From Anaerolineae bacterium (GTDB lineage Bacteria; Chloroflexota; Anaerolineae; 4572-78; J111), in assembly GCA_020433805.1 (NCBI GenBank), contig JAGRBZ010000007.1:249-64248 (forward strand): DNA of 64,000 nt. The letters are read 5' to 3'. A program made the translations under genes and the position numbers. Below, piece by piece: positions 45,585 to 55,442 of this stretch; within the stretch, counting starts at the first letter, position 1, and each line of letters starts with the position of its first letter. The notes under the pieces were generated by a model that did no database searches, had not been told where the DNA came from, and saw nothing but the letters and a program-made list of their open reading frames with translations.

Positions 45585-45889
45585 ACCGTTACTGGGTTAG
45601 AGACCTTGTTCCCCTCACCCTTATTATGAAAGTTAACTAATGGACTTAATAGCCCGATATTTCATCATTTTATCAACGCCCGTCTGACAATATTGACTGG
45701 ATGATTGAAACTGGCCTCGAACGGTCCAATGAGAACGACCAGGTATCCCTTGGTTACCAAGAAAAGTCCAGGCTCCGCTTGCCATCTTCATCGAAGGCAG
45801 CGCAATATTTCGGAAAATTGGGTCAAGATTGGTAAAGTGTTGGTGAAATCGAGAGGCATGAGGTACAATAGATAATGAGGAGGTGTACA

Positions 45890-47041
45890 GTGAAATCAGA
45901 AGTGGTCAAGGCCACCCTCTGGGGCCTATTGGTTACAATAGGGTTGGCCGCTTTAGTTATCATTGGCTCACGCAACCTTTCCCATTTTGACGCAGCTCTG
46001 GTTGCTTATACCTTCTCCATTCTATTTGCCACCTTTGGCCTAACCTATCGCTACAGTATGTGGTTGCAGCGCCCACCCACAGCCACTTACTGGAAACGTG
46101 GCTGGCAGGTCTTTTTCAAACAAGGCTACCGGCGGCTTAATTTTGGCAACTGGTTCAAATGGGTTACGGCTGATATTGCTCTCAATCGTTTCATTTGGTC
46201 CCGCGATATCTTGCGGGGACTGGCTCACGGCCTGATCATGTGGGGTTGCGCCCTGGCTGTAACCATCACATTTCCCCTGGTTTTTGGCTGGCTCCATTTT
46301 GAAACACTACCCAATAATCTGGAATATTATCGCACCATTGTGTTTGGCTTCCCCACTTTTTCCTTTCCTGTTGACTCCTTTATCGGCTTTTTACTCTTCC
46401 ACGGACTGGTCTGGGCCTCGTTTCTGGTCATTGCCGGGGTGATGCTGGCCATGCGCCGCCGTATGCGCGATGAAGGTGCGGCCGCCTTACAACTATTTGG
46501 CGAAGATATTCTGCCGCTGGTTCTACTGTTTGCCATTAGCCTGACCGGTCTGATGCTGACCGCTAGTTACACCTGGATGAAGGGCTACGCCTATGATTTT
46601 CTGGCCATTCTACACGCCATCACCGTGATTTTCACCTTCCTGTGGCTGCCCTTTGGTAAATTTTTTCACATCTTTCAGCGACCTGCTCAAATCGGCGTAC
46701 GTTTTTACAAAGATATCGGCCAGCGAGAAGAAGCTGCTCACTGCCGGCGCTGCGGCCAGCCCTTCACTTCCCGCATGCACGTCGAAGACCTGATTCTGGT
46801 AGAACAGGCGCTTGGTTACCACTACGAAATAAATAACGATACAGAACATTACCAATGGATTTGTCCCCCTTGTCGCCGGGCAATGTTTGCCCTGGCTCAG
46901 GGCCGCTTGTGGCAGGGCCAACGCGGTGGCATTGCTCTTGATAGTGATGGTCACCCGTCCACACCAACCCCTCAATTCGTCAACCCTGCCCCTGGCGAAG
47001 GGCCACTTGGTAAGGAAGACGCCCAGAATTTTCATCCATAG
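45890..47041 (+). CDS. Polytopic membrane protein, NarI/DsrM-like (putative di-heme b quinol-interacting subunit) with C-terminal CxxC...CxxC ribbon
   Basis: Multiple TM helices. [14 protein letters not shown] resembles the conserved end of nitrate-reductase-gamma-like domains. C-terminal CRRCGQPF...WICPPCRR. Start GTG 45890 after AGGAGG; ATG 45875 is the alternative. Confidence 0.55.
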   Translation: MKSEVVKATLWGLLVTIGLAALVIIGSRNLSHFDAALVAYTFSILFATFGLTYRYSMWLQRPPTATYWKRGWQVFFKQGYRRLNFGNWFKWVTADIALNRFIWSRDILRGLAHGLIMWGCALAVTITFPLVFGWLHFETLPNNLEYYRTIVFGFPTFSFPVDSFIGFLLFHGLVWASFLVIAGVMLAMRRRMRDEGAAALQLFGEDILPLVLLFAISLTGLMLTASYTWMKGYAYDFLAILHAITVIFTFLWLPFGKFFHIFQRPAQIGVRFYKDIGQREEAAHCRRCGQPFTSRMHVEDLILVEQALGYHYEINNDTEHYQWICPPCRRAMFALAQGRLWQGQRGGIALDSDGHPSTPTPQFVNPAPGEGPLGKEDAQNFHP

Positions 47042-47139
47042 AACGTAGCACCTGGACCCAATGGGACAGGAACGTAAAGTCTTCCACGTTTTACGTCCTA
47101 CAATTTACGAATTAGCCTCATACAAAAAGGAAGTTCTCT

Positions 47140-49386
47140 ATGACCACCATCCCGGTCGAAACTATAAACATCATAGAACAGTTTGGCCCCCACCTGGCCC
47201 ATACCAAAGCCACTAACCTGGATACCAGCCTGGAACCCGACAAAATTGTGCAGACCCACTGCTGCTTTTGCGGCCAGCAATGCGGTATCCAGCTAAAAGT
47301 CAAAGATAATGAAGTGATTGGTTTTGAACCGTGGTACGACTTTCCCTTCAACCAGGGCAAGCTCTGTCCTAAAGGGGTCAAACGTTATCTGCAAGGAGCG
47401 CATCCCGACCGGCTGCTGCACGCCTACCAACGTGATGGGTCCGCCTCCGGCGGCTTTAGCCCACTGTCCTACGAGCAGGCCATTAGCCGCGTAGCCGCCG
47501 AAATCGAACGCATTCAGACGCAGTATGGGCCACATGCCTTTGGCCTGCTGAGTGGGGCCAGCCTGACCACCGAGAAAACTTACCTGATGGGCAAGTTCGC
47601 CCATATGTGCCTCAAAACGTCCAATATTGACTACAATGGGCGGTTGTGTATGGTCAGCGCCGCTGCCGGTAACAAAAAAGCTTTCGGTATCGACCGGGCG
47701 GCCAATCCCTGGAGCGACATCCTCAAAGCCGAGGTGGTCTGGATTAGCGGGGCTAATGTGGCCGAGTGCGCCCCTATCACCACCGATTACGTCTGGCAAG
47801 CCCGCGAAAATGGGGCCAAAATCATTGTGGTTGACCCGCGCATCACGCCTATCGCCCGTACCTGCGACCTGTTCTTACCGGTCAAACCGGGCCGCGATGT
47901 AGCCCTGTTTAACGGCATCCTGCATTTGATGATTGAGAAGGATTGGCTGGATCACGACTTCATCGAGCAGCAGACAACGGGCTTTGAGGCCGTGGCCGAA
48001 CATGTTAAACAGTGGACTCCGCAGCGCACCGCCCAGGTAACCGGCATCGCCGAAAAAGCTATCCATCGGGCCGCCGAGTTGTGGGGCACGGCCAGCACCA
48101 GCTTTCTGATGCACGCTCGGGGCATCGAGCATCACAGTCACGGGGTACAGAACGTACTAGGGGCTATTAACATCGTGCTGGCCTCCGGGCGGATTGGCCG
48201 GGAGTATTGCGGCTATGCCACCATCACCGGCCAGGGCAATGGCCAGGGCGGGCGCGAGCACGGGCAAAAGTGCGACCAGCTTCCCGGCGCCCGTGACCTG
48301 GGCAACCCGGAACATCGGGCCTACGTGGCCAGCGTGTGGGGCATCAGCCCGGACGACCTGCCCCCACCGGGGGTAGACGCCTACGAGATTATGCGCAAAA
48401 TTGAGGCGGGCGAAATTAAGGGGCTGCTGGCTATCTGTTTCAACCCACTGGTCTCTCTGCCCGACAACAACTACGTGCGGCAGCAGTTAGAGAAGCTGGA
48501 ATTCTTCGTCGCCATCGACTTTTTTCTCAACGAAAGCGCACGCCACGCCGACATCATCCTGCCCGGCTCGCTGCACGAAGAGGATGAAGGAACCGTCACC
48601 ACCGCCGAAGGGCGAGTCATCAAGATCAACAAAGCCGTTGACTGTCCCGGCGAAGCTCGCCAGGATTGGCGCATTATTCAGGACCTTGCCAGGGCGTTGG
48701 GCCGAGAGCAGGGTCTGACCTTTACCGGTCCGGCGGAGATTTTTGACGAGCTGCGTCAGGCTTCTAAGGGCGGGGTAGCCGACTATTCTGGCATCAGCTA
48801 CGAAAAAATCGAGCAGCAGCACGGCATCTTCTGGCCCTGTCCCGACGATGATCACCCCGGCACGCCCCGGCTGTTCGAGCCGGGATCATGGAATCCGGTG
48901 GCTCAGGGTCAGGGCTCGTTTTATTTTCCCGACGGCAAGGCTCGCTTTAACGTGGCCGAGTATAGCCCGCCCGCCGAAGATGTAGACGCCGACTATCCAA
49001 TCATCTTGACCACCGGGCGAGTAGTCAGCCAGTTTTTATCGGGTACGCAAACGCGGCGCATCGGCCCACTTATTGACCAATACCCGGAGCCGCGTCTGGA
49101 GATACATCCCCGGCTGGCAGAGCGATTGGGCCTTGCTGATGGTGATTGGGCCACAACCGAATCCCGACGAGGAAGCTGTACATTGCGAGCGCGGGTACTC
49201 AAGACAATCCGGCCTGACACAGTATTTATTCCCTACCACTGGGCCGGAGGCAAAAGCGCTAACCAGTTGACCATCTCGGCCCAAGACCCTATCTCCAAAA
49301 TACCGGAGTTCAAAGTTTGCGCCGTGCGAGTAAAAAAAGCAGACGCGCCGCCAGCGTATGCCAGCGAACTGGAAGCGCAACAGTAA
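47140..49386 (+). CDS. Molybdopterin (bis-MGD) oxidoreductase catalytic subunit, NarB/NasA/Fdh-like, no Tat signal
   Basis: N-terminal 4Fe-4S motif [10 protein letters not shown]...GKLCPKG (C-x2-C-x3-C...C). Length and overall pattern fit the MopB superfamily. There is no RR-motif leader. Confidence 0.85.
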   Translation: MTTIPVETINIIEQFGPHLAHTKATNLDTSLEPDKIVQTHCCFCGQQCGIQLKVKDNEVIGFEPWYDFPFNQGKLCPKGVKRYLQGAHPDRLLHAYQRDGSASGGFSPLSYEQAISRVAAEIERIQTQYGPHAFGLLSGASLTTEKTYLMGKFAHMCLKTSNIDYNGRLCMVSAAAGNKKAFGIDRAANPWSDILKAEVVWISGANVAECAPITTDYVWQARENGAKIIVVDPRITPIARTCDLFLPVKPGRDVALFNGILHLMIEKDWLDHDFIEQQTTGFEAVAEHVKQWTPQRTAQVTGIAEKAIHRAAELWGTASTSFLMHARGIEHHSHGVQNVLGAINIVLASGRIGREYCGYATITGQGNGQGGREHGQKCDQLPGARDLGNPEHRAYVASVWGISPDDLPPPGVDAYEIMRKIEAGEIKGLLAICFNPLVSLPDNNYVRQQLEKLEFFVAIDFFLNESARHADIILPGSLHEEDEGTVTTAEGRVIKINKAVDCPGEARQDWRIIQDLARALGREQGLTFTGPAEIFDELRQASKGGVADYSGISYEKIEQQHGIFWPCPDDDHPGTPRLFEPGSWNPVAQGQGSFYFPDGKARFNVAEYSPPAEDVDADYPIILTTGRVVSQFLSGTQTRRIGPLIDQYPEPRLEIHPRLAERLGLADGDWATTESRRGSCTLRARVLKTIRPDTVFIPYHWAGGKSANQLTISAQDPISKIPEFKVCAVRVKKADAPPAYASELEAQQ

Positions 49387-49401
49387 TAAAGGAGGATACC
49401 C

Positions 49402-50049
49402 TTGCCCACCCCAATCGGCAAAACTTTCTTCATTGATCCCGGCCGCTGTATTGGCTGCCAGGCATGCGTACAGGCCTGCAGCGAGTGCGACACCCATAAA
49501 GGCCAGTCGATGATTCAGCTTGATTTTATTGACCAGTTAAACTCGCCCCAAACCGTGCCGGTGGTGTGCATGCACTGTACTTCACCGACCTGCGCCGAGG
49601 TGTGTCCTGCCGACGCTATCAAAGTCACCGATGACGGGGTGGTGCAGACGGCCCGTAAACCGCGCTGCATTGCCTGCAATAACTGCGTACTGGCCTGCCC
49701 CTTTGGCGTACCCAAGATGCATACAAAAATGAATCTGATGATGAAGTGCGATATGTGCTATGATCGTACGTCGGTGGATCTGAAGCCAATGTGCGCCTCG
49801 GTTTGTCCCAGCCAGGCTCTCTTCTATGGCACCTGGGCCGAGTTGGAAGAGTTGCGGCCCCGCTCCAGACCGGTCAATAGCTTTCAGTTTGGAGGACAGC
49901 TTATCCAGACCCGGGTCAATATGATGATACCCAGCGCGAGTCTGGTTGAACATATTGATGTAACCGCTGCTATGTTTGAGCCAACCGTTGGCCACGATAT
50001 TTTTGCCGATATTTTGCTAGATAATATTAACCAGGAGGAGCCACTATGA
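49402..50049 (+). CDS. Four-cluster 4Fe-4S ferredoxin-type electron-transfer subunit (DmsB/NrfC/FdhB-like)
   Basis: [44 protein letters not shown]...CASVCP. TTG start after AAGGAGGA. Confidence 0.85.
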   Translation: MPTPIGKTFFIDPGRCIGCQACVQACSECDTHKGQSMIQLDFIDQLNSPQTVPVVCMHCTSPTCAEVCPADAIKVTDDGVVQTARKPRCIACNNCVLACPFGVPKMHTKMNLMMKCDMCYDRTSVDLKPMCASVCPSQALFYGTWAELEELRPRSRPVNSFQFGGQLIQTRVNMMIPSASLVEHIDVTAAMFEPTVGHDIFADILLDNINQEEPL

Positions 50050-50594
50050 TCACCCAAGACCCGGACCGTCTGACCGTTCCCCCTGACGGACGCTCGCACA
50101 GCGAGCAACCGCGCTGGCGGCAGGATTTTCCTATTGAGTGGGCGCAGGATAATTACGTTTCCCGGCGCGACTTCACCCGTTTTATGGTGCTGACCAGCCT
50201 GGCTTTTGTGGTGGGTCAGTTTGTTATCCTGTTTCAAAGTATTCTGCGCCGCAACCAGGGCGAACCGCCCAGGCAAGAGATTGCCAGCGTGAATGAGATT
50301 CCGGTTGGCAGCTCGCAGGTGTTTCACTACCCCAATGAACGTACCCCGAGCATTTTGGTGCGGCTGGATGAGTCGACTTTTGTAGCCTATGAGCAGCAGT
50401 GTACACATCTGGCATGTCCGGTCATTCCCCAGCCGGAAACGGGCCATTTACACTGCCCCTGTCACGAGGGGGTGTTTGACCTGCACACCGGCCAACCGTT
50501 AGCCGGCCCACCCCGCCGCCCATTAGCGCGGGTGAAATTAGAAGTGCAAGCAGGCAAAATTTACGCGGCCGGCGTAGAGGAGGCTTTTGCATGA
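50046..50594 (+). CDS. Rieske [2Fe-2S] protein with N-terminal RRDF motif plus TM anchor
   Basis: CTHLACPV...CPCHEGVFD (C-x-H...C-x-x-H). [25 protein letters not shown] looks like a Tat-type signal anchor. ATGA overlap with the upstream gene. Confidence 0.85.
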   Translation: MITQDPDRLTVPPDGRSHSEQPRWRQDFPIEWAQDNYVSRRDFTRFMVLTSLAFVVGQFVILFQSILRRNQGEPPRQEIASVNEIPVGSSQVFHYPNERTPSILVRLDESTFVAYEQQCTHLACPVIPQPETGHLHCPCHEGVFDLHTGQPLAGPPRRPLARVKLEVQAGKIYAAGVEEAFA

Positions 50595-50818
50595 GAGGAC
50601 GCTCTCGCTTTGCCCGAAAACAGCGTATGACCATAGTGTTGGGAATTTTAAGCATTGTGGTCATAATTGTTATTTTGCAACTGTGGCTGCTGACCGCCAC
50701 CATGAATGCATATCTGGGAGGCGACGAGTCGGTTTTGATTCCGGCAGCGCTGGCCAGCCTGGCTTGTCTGGGGCTAAATGCCGGCCTATTATGGTACCTC
50801 TACGGGCTGGAGCAGTAG
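50591..50818 (+). CDS. Small two-TM hydrophobic protein
   Basis: ATGA overlap with the Rieske stop. Basic N-terminus followed by two hydrophobic helices. No homology recognised. Confidence 0.4.
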   Translation: MRGRSRFARKQRMTIVLGILSIVVIIVILQLWLLTATMNAYLGGDESVLIPAALASLACLGLNAGLLWYLYGLEQ

Positions 50819-50821
50819 ACT

Positions 50822-51871
50822 TTGAAAAACAGCAAAATTGGGCAGGCTGCCGCCAATCTGTTTCCCGCTTATTTTGCATTCGTGATGGCCACCGGTATCG
50901 TGTCCATTGCCTCGTACCTGCTGGGGATGAGGCCCATTGCCTGGGGGCTGCTGGTCATCAACCTAGTGGCTTATGGGGTGTTGTGGCTGCTAACGATTGT
51001 CCGCTTAATCTGGCACTTTCCCCGGCTGCTGGCCGATTTGACCAGCCATGCTCGTGGACCTGGTTTTTTTACGCTGGTGGCCGGCACCTGCGTGCTGGGC
51101 AGCCAATTGATTGTCGTAGCCGGTTATTACCCGGCGGCGCTGTGGCTGTGGCTTTTGGGGTTGCTACTGTGGTTGCTGATTATGTATGCCTTCTTTACCG
51201 CTGTTACCGTGCAAGAGAACACTCCCGGCCTGGAAAGCGGTCTCAATGGGGCCTGGCTCATCGCCATAGTGGCTACGCAGTCGGTCTCCATTTTGGGGAC
51301 GATGCTCGCCTCGCAGCTCCTATTTGACGATGTTAGAGAGATTCTGCTGTTTTTTACGCTCAGCATGTACCTGATTGGCTGCATGCTCTACCTGCTGATT
51401 ATCACTCTAATTTTTTACCGCTTCACATTTCTGCCACTAACCAGTGCCGCTCTTACACCGCCCTACTGGATTAACATGGGGGCAGTAGCTATCACTACGT
51501 TAGCAGGGGCCACGCTGATACTCAATAGCTCGCAAATGGCCTTTTTACAGGAAATTCTGCCCTTCCTCAAAGGCTTCACACTCTTCTTTTGGGCCGCCGG
51601 CACATGGTGGATTCCGTTGTTGTTTATTTTGGGGGCATGGCGACATCTATATAAACGATATCCCCTGATCTATGATCCCCAATATTGGGGGATGGTATTC
51701 CCCCTGGGGATGTACACTACCTGCACCTTCCAGTTGGCAAAAGCAATTAACTTGCCGTTTCTGGTTATGATTCCTCGCTATTTTATCTACATTGCCCTAA
51801 TCGCCTGGGGGGCAACATTTGTTGGTTTGGTTGCTAGCCTGGTGCGTAACCTGGCCGGGGTGAAAGTGTAA
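50822..51871 (+). CDS. TDT (TehA/Mae1/SLAC1) family anion transporter
   Basis: N-terminal [19 protein letters not shown] is typical of the tellurite-resistance/dicarboxylate transporter family. About 10 TM helices. TTG start is uncertain. Confidence 0.7.
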   Translation: MKNSKIGQAAANLFPAYFAFVMATGIVSIASYLLGMRPIAWGLLVINLVAYGVLWLLTIVRLIWHFPRLLADLTSHARGPGFFTLVAGTCVLGSQLIVVAGYYPAALWLWLLGLLLWLLIMYAFFTAVTVQENTPGLESGLNGAWLIAIVATQSVSILGTMLASQLLFDDVREILLFFTLSMYLIGCMLYLLIITLIFYRFTFLPLTSAALTPPYWINMGAVAITTLAGATLILNSSQMAFLQEILPFLKGFTLFFWAAGTWWIPLLFILGAWRHLYKRYPLIYDPQYWGMVFPLGMYTTCTFQLAKAINLPFLVMIPRYFIYIALIAWGATFVGLVASLVRNLAGVKV

Positions 51872-52027
51872 ATAGGCCGGTCAAGTGATTTTCAGCCCAA
51901 GTCCGGCAAATGCTGGCCGATGGCCATGCCATGCCGGTACCCATCCTTTCCAACTGGGATGAGTCCGACACAACTGATAATATTGGCAACGAATACCGAT
52001 AGAATAGCAATACAAAAGGAAAATGCT

Positions 52028-53184
52028 ATGCGCATTGAAAATACCTATTTATTGGAAACGCTGATAAAGGCAATTCAAATCAATTCAGTTATTCCTCATG
52101 AAGAGGCGCTGGCGACGTTTTTTGCCGATGAGGTGCGGAAGCTGGGCCTCGAACCTGAGTGGCACCTGGTCGCTCCTGGCCGGCCAAATGTGTACGTCAC
52201 CGCCGACCTCGGTTCGTCCGACGACCTGTTGCTGCTCACCGGCCACCTCGACACGGTTGATGTGGCCGCAAACTGGAGCACAAACCCGTTTGAAGCTGTT
52301 GAAAAGAATGGGCGGTTGTATGGATTAGGCTCGTTTGATATGAAATCGGGCCTTGTCTGTGCCTTTGCGGCTTTCAAGGCACTGGTCGAGGATACATCAC
52401 TACACGGCTAGCTTGGCAAAATCGGCTTTGCAGCCACGGTTGACGAAGAGGGATTGGGCCTTGGGGCCAGGGCGCTGCTGACCACGGGTTATCGCCAGAG
52501 TACGGGTATTCTGCTGACAGAGCCATTTGGGGGTCGTAATCTAAATGCATCGGTGCCACTCGGATTGACCGGCAAGGCATTGTACCGGCTTCGGGTTGAG
52601 GGCAAGATGGCACACGGTTTCTATCCTGAGCGCGGGCACAACGCGGTCGAAGCCGCCAGCAAGATTGTGGCTGCGCTCGATCAGCTGCATCTACATACCC
52701 ATTCAATATACGGACGCGGTAACATCTCTACTCTAAAGATCGAGGGTGGTTATAAGGAATATGCTATTGTCGTGCCTGAATATTGCGAGGTGATCCTTAC
52801 TCGTTTGACAGTTCCGGGGGAGACTCGAGAGATAGTGGAAAATGATATGCGTCGGCTCATCGACTCGCTCCAACTCGATTGTACTGTGACTATTGAAACG
52901 CCTGACCCATTTTATGATCCGTATGTTGTCGACACCAATTCAAAATTAGCAACCAGCTTTAGCGCCGCCTATCAGACCACACTCGGCTCGCAGCCAACTT
53001 TGGTTTTCTGACCGGTATCACTGACGCCAATATCTATGTTACCGAGGGCAACATCCCGACCATTACCTATGGACCAGGCGGTAACGACGCCCATGAGTGT
53101 AATGAGTATGTTGAAATCGACTCGCTCCTGCCGGTGGCCCAAATCCTGGCTGATAGCTGCCTAAAATACTTTCAAGCTGTTTAA
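52028..53184 (+). pseudogene. M20-family metallopeptidase (ArgE/DapE-like) with an in-frame TAG and a downstream frameshift
   Basis: LLLTGHLDTV, GLGSFDMKSG, then TAG at 52409-52411. The same frame continues ...FAATVDEEGLGLGA...MAHGFYPERGHNAVE.... The frame changes near 53005 to ...GFLTGITDANIY...TYGPGGNDAHECNEYVEI... Confidence 0.75.
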
Positions 53185-53498
53185 TGTCCAAGTAGTCAAA
53201 AACTTGAGAAGTAATAGCCCCGACTCTCGGCAGGCTCATGTGGGATATAGTACAAGTTATGTCAAATAAGGGGTGGTCTCGTGGTCCGATGTGGACTGCG
53301 GGCCTTTTTTTTCGAAAGGGAGGTAGACAGGCTCTTCCGGACTGGGGTAGGATGCAAACCGCAGGCAGATACAGTGAGATAAGGTTGAGACAAAAGTCAC
53401 ATCTTATTGTGGCTACGCTTGTTACAGTAGCTATGTACTACGTAAAAAGATACGTGGTTTGAAAGTTCTCTACGCAACTAATGTCAAGAGGAAGAGGT

Positions 53499-53697
53499 GT
53501 GGCTAAAATTTTATGGGTAGAAAAAACTAACTTATGAACCACAGGGCGCACCCAAAAACAGATTTATTAACGGCCTGTACTGGTAGATCTGCAAACTGTG
53601 GAAAGGCTGGGCCATTGCCCGCCGGGTTCATCCCATCAAGGTTACACCCAAAATTATCTGAGACAGCATTCATCATTTTTTACAGTTAGAAACGTGA
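53499..53697 (+). pseudogene. Remnant of a second B12-radical SAM gene (paralogue of 38701-40143) with about 1.2 kb deleted
   Basis: gtggctaaaattttatgggtagaaaaa... aligns to atggcaaagatcctatgggtagaaaag.... The sequence then jumps to ...acccaaaaacagatttatt...ctgtggaaaggctgggccattgcccgccgggttcatcccatcaag..., which aligns to 39983-40143. Upstream similarity starts at 53383 versus 38588. Confidence 0.7.
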
Positions 53698-53747
53698 GTG
53701 GGAAGTGACATATAAAAATCAAAGTCTATCAATAAGGAAACTCAACA

Positions 53748-54074
53748 ATGAAAACAATCCAATTGTTAGAAAATTTAGAATTTCACGACAAGAACCCGTA
53801 CGCAGAACCTCTGCACGTGGCTAAAACGGGCCGAATTTTGCGCTTCACCTTGAAACCCAGCCAGGAGGTGGTCGAGCACAGCGCACCCGACTCGCCCGTA
53901 TATTTGGTAGTGTTGCAAGGACAAGGTTACTTTAGCGGCGGCGATGGTGAGGAAGCGCAATTTGGCCCCAACAGTCTACTCGTTTTTGAGCCGGGCGAGA
54001 CACATTCTATCCGGGCCGAAGACGAAGAGTTGGTATTTCTAGCTTTCCTGCATGGCGCGTCAAGCTGGCAGTAA
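53748..54074 (+). CDS. Cupin-domain protein
   Basis: VVEHSAPDSPVYLVVLQGQGYF...FEPGETHSIRAEDEELVFLAF is a cupin_2-like two-motif pattern. Confidence 0.7.
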   Translation: MKTIQLLENLEFHDKNPYAEPLHVAKTGRILRFTLKPSQEVVEHSAPDSPVYLVVLQGQGYFSGGDGEEAQFGPNSLLVFEPGETHSIRAEDEELVFLAFLHGASSWQ

Positions 54075-54165
54075 GCAGATGACAGCCCATTATAAAGTGA
54101 TTGACGCTAACCAACGAGCCACTGTTTCAAGCAGCAGAATCAATTAGACAAGGAGATTATTATTT

Positions 54166-55155
54166 ATGGGAATACAACTCATACCCCCCAAACCTACCGC
54201 CGAAAAGACGGTGGGCGAGATTGTAGCAGCCGACTACCGCGCAGCAGAGGTCTTTAACACTTACGGCATTGATTTCTGCTGCGGTGGCCAGATGCCACTG
54301 GGCGAAGCCTGCACGGAACAGGGGGTCCGTGTGGAGGAGGTGCTGCAGGAACTGGAACAGGTGACCCAGGCTGCCAGTAGTCCATTTGAGCGCTACGATC
54401 AGTGGGAACAGGATTTTTTGACCGACTACATTGTCAACCAACACCATGCCTATACCAAGAGAATGATCCCCCAATTGAGAGAATTTTCCGCCACCGTGGC
54501 TGACGTTCACGGAGACAGCCACCCGGAGACGTGCTCCATCGCCCAATTGTGGCAAGAAGCTAGCGGAGACCTGGCCGCCCATATGCAGAAGGAAGAGCTG
54601 TTGCTGTTCCCTTACATCAAGCGACTCGTTCAAGGGCAAAAAGAGGGTCGTCCACCGGTCGCGCCGCCATTTGGCTCGGCCCGCCAGCTAATTCAAGAGA
54701 TGGAGGATGACCACGAAGCCACCGGCGACCATTTGGCCCAAATTGAAACCTTGAGCAACGGCTTCACCCCGCCGCAGGATGCCTGTAACACCTACCGGGC
54801 GCTATACGCCTATCTGGCTGAGTTCGATGCCAGCACCAAGAAACATGTTCACCTGGAGAACAACATTCTCTTTCCCAAAACAATTGATTTAGAAGAACAA
54901 CTACGGAGCTCAGCAATCGATACCGAGACTCTTGATTTACGCCAGCTTCCGCCGCCGGAGCGGCATCCTCTTATTTTTCAAACCTTTGAAAACCTGGAGC
55001 CGGGTCGGAGCTTTATTCTGATTAACGACCATGACCCCAAGCCGCTCTACTACCAATTTCAATTTGAGCGGGAGGGGCAGTTCACCTGGGAATATCTGGA
55101 GCAGGGCCCGCGTGACTGGCGCGTCCGCGTTGGGCGGGCAGACCCGGCATCTTAA
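54166..55155 (+). CDS. Iron-sulfur cluster repair di-iron protein (RIC, ScdA/YtfE-like) fused to a C-terminal DUF2249-like domain
   Basis: ScdA_N-type TVGEIVAADYRAAEVFNTYGIDFCCGG. Hemerythrin-like His/Glu-rich middle (HHAYTKR...HMQKEE...EDDHE...HVHLENN). C-terminal LDLRQLPPPERHPLIFQTFENLEPGRSFILINDHDPKPLYYQF. Confidence 0.8.
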   Translation: MGIQLIPPKPTAEKTVGEIVAADYRAAEVFNTYGIDFCCGGQMPLGEACTEQGVRVEEVLQELEQVTQAASSPFERYDQWEQDFLTDYIVNQHHAYTKRMIPQLREFSATVADVHGDSHPETCSIAQLWQEASGDLAAHMQKEELLLFPYIKRLVQGQKEGRPPVAPPFGSARQLIQEMEDDHEATGDHLAQIETLSNGFTPPQDACNTYRALYAYLAEFDASTKKHVHLENNILFPKTIDLEEQLRSSAIDTETLDLRQLPPPERHPLIFQTFENLEPGRSFILINDHDPKPLYYQFQFEREGQFTWEYLEQGPRDWRVRVGRADPAS

Positions 55156-55169
55156 GGAGGCAACACGCT

Positions 55170-55361
55170 ATGAATATCATTGAAGCCTGGCCACCCTCCT
55201 TTTTTAAGCGAGGGGTGCATGGGTTAGGTGGTATTCGCATTCTGGATCAGCGTAAACTGCTTCAAGTGGTGAGTGAAGGGGGCTCCGACTACTTTTTTGA
55301 AAAAGAGGCTGAAAAACTCTGCCTGGTTTGCCATTCGTTAGTTGAAACCATACATTGGTAG
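55170..55361 (+). CDS. Small hypothetical protein (63 aa)
   Basis: Strong AAGGAGG lies 8 nt upstream of the ATG, immediately after the RIC stop. No motif recognised. Confidence 0.45.
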   Translation: MNIIEAWPPSFFKRGVHGLGGIRILDQRKLLQVVSEGGSDYFFEKEAEKLCLVCHSLVETIHW

Positions 55362-55442
55362 ATATAGTGATCTTTTTTGGGAGTTAGCAATGACATAGTT
55401 ACAATATTATCTTAGAACCTCTATTCACTGTAGGGTAACAAG

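Noticed and set aside
47293-50447. Antisense ORFs within the molybdoenzyme operon (47293-47799, 48487-48855, 49036-49497, 49884-50447)
   Set aside because: These are shadow ORFs opposite strongly motif-supported genes.
50587-51327. 246-aa ORF overlapping the small TM gene and the TDT transporter
   Set aside because: It is out of frame with two better-supported genes and its translation is Arg/Gly/Ala-rich and low-complexity.
52409-52411. In-frame TAG in the M20 peptidase as possible programmed recoding (for example pyrrolysine)
   Set aside because: There are no pyl genes or other TAG-containing genes in the window. A second independent frameshift in the same gene points to a pseudogene.
53238-53462. 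74-aa ORF upstream of the rSAM ghost
   Set aside because: It lies in the duplicated non-coding upstream region (homologous to 38588-38700, which is intergenic) and has no RBS.
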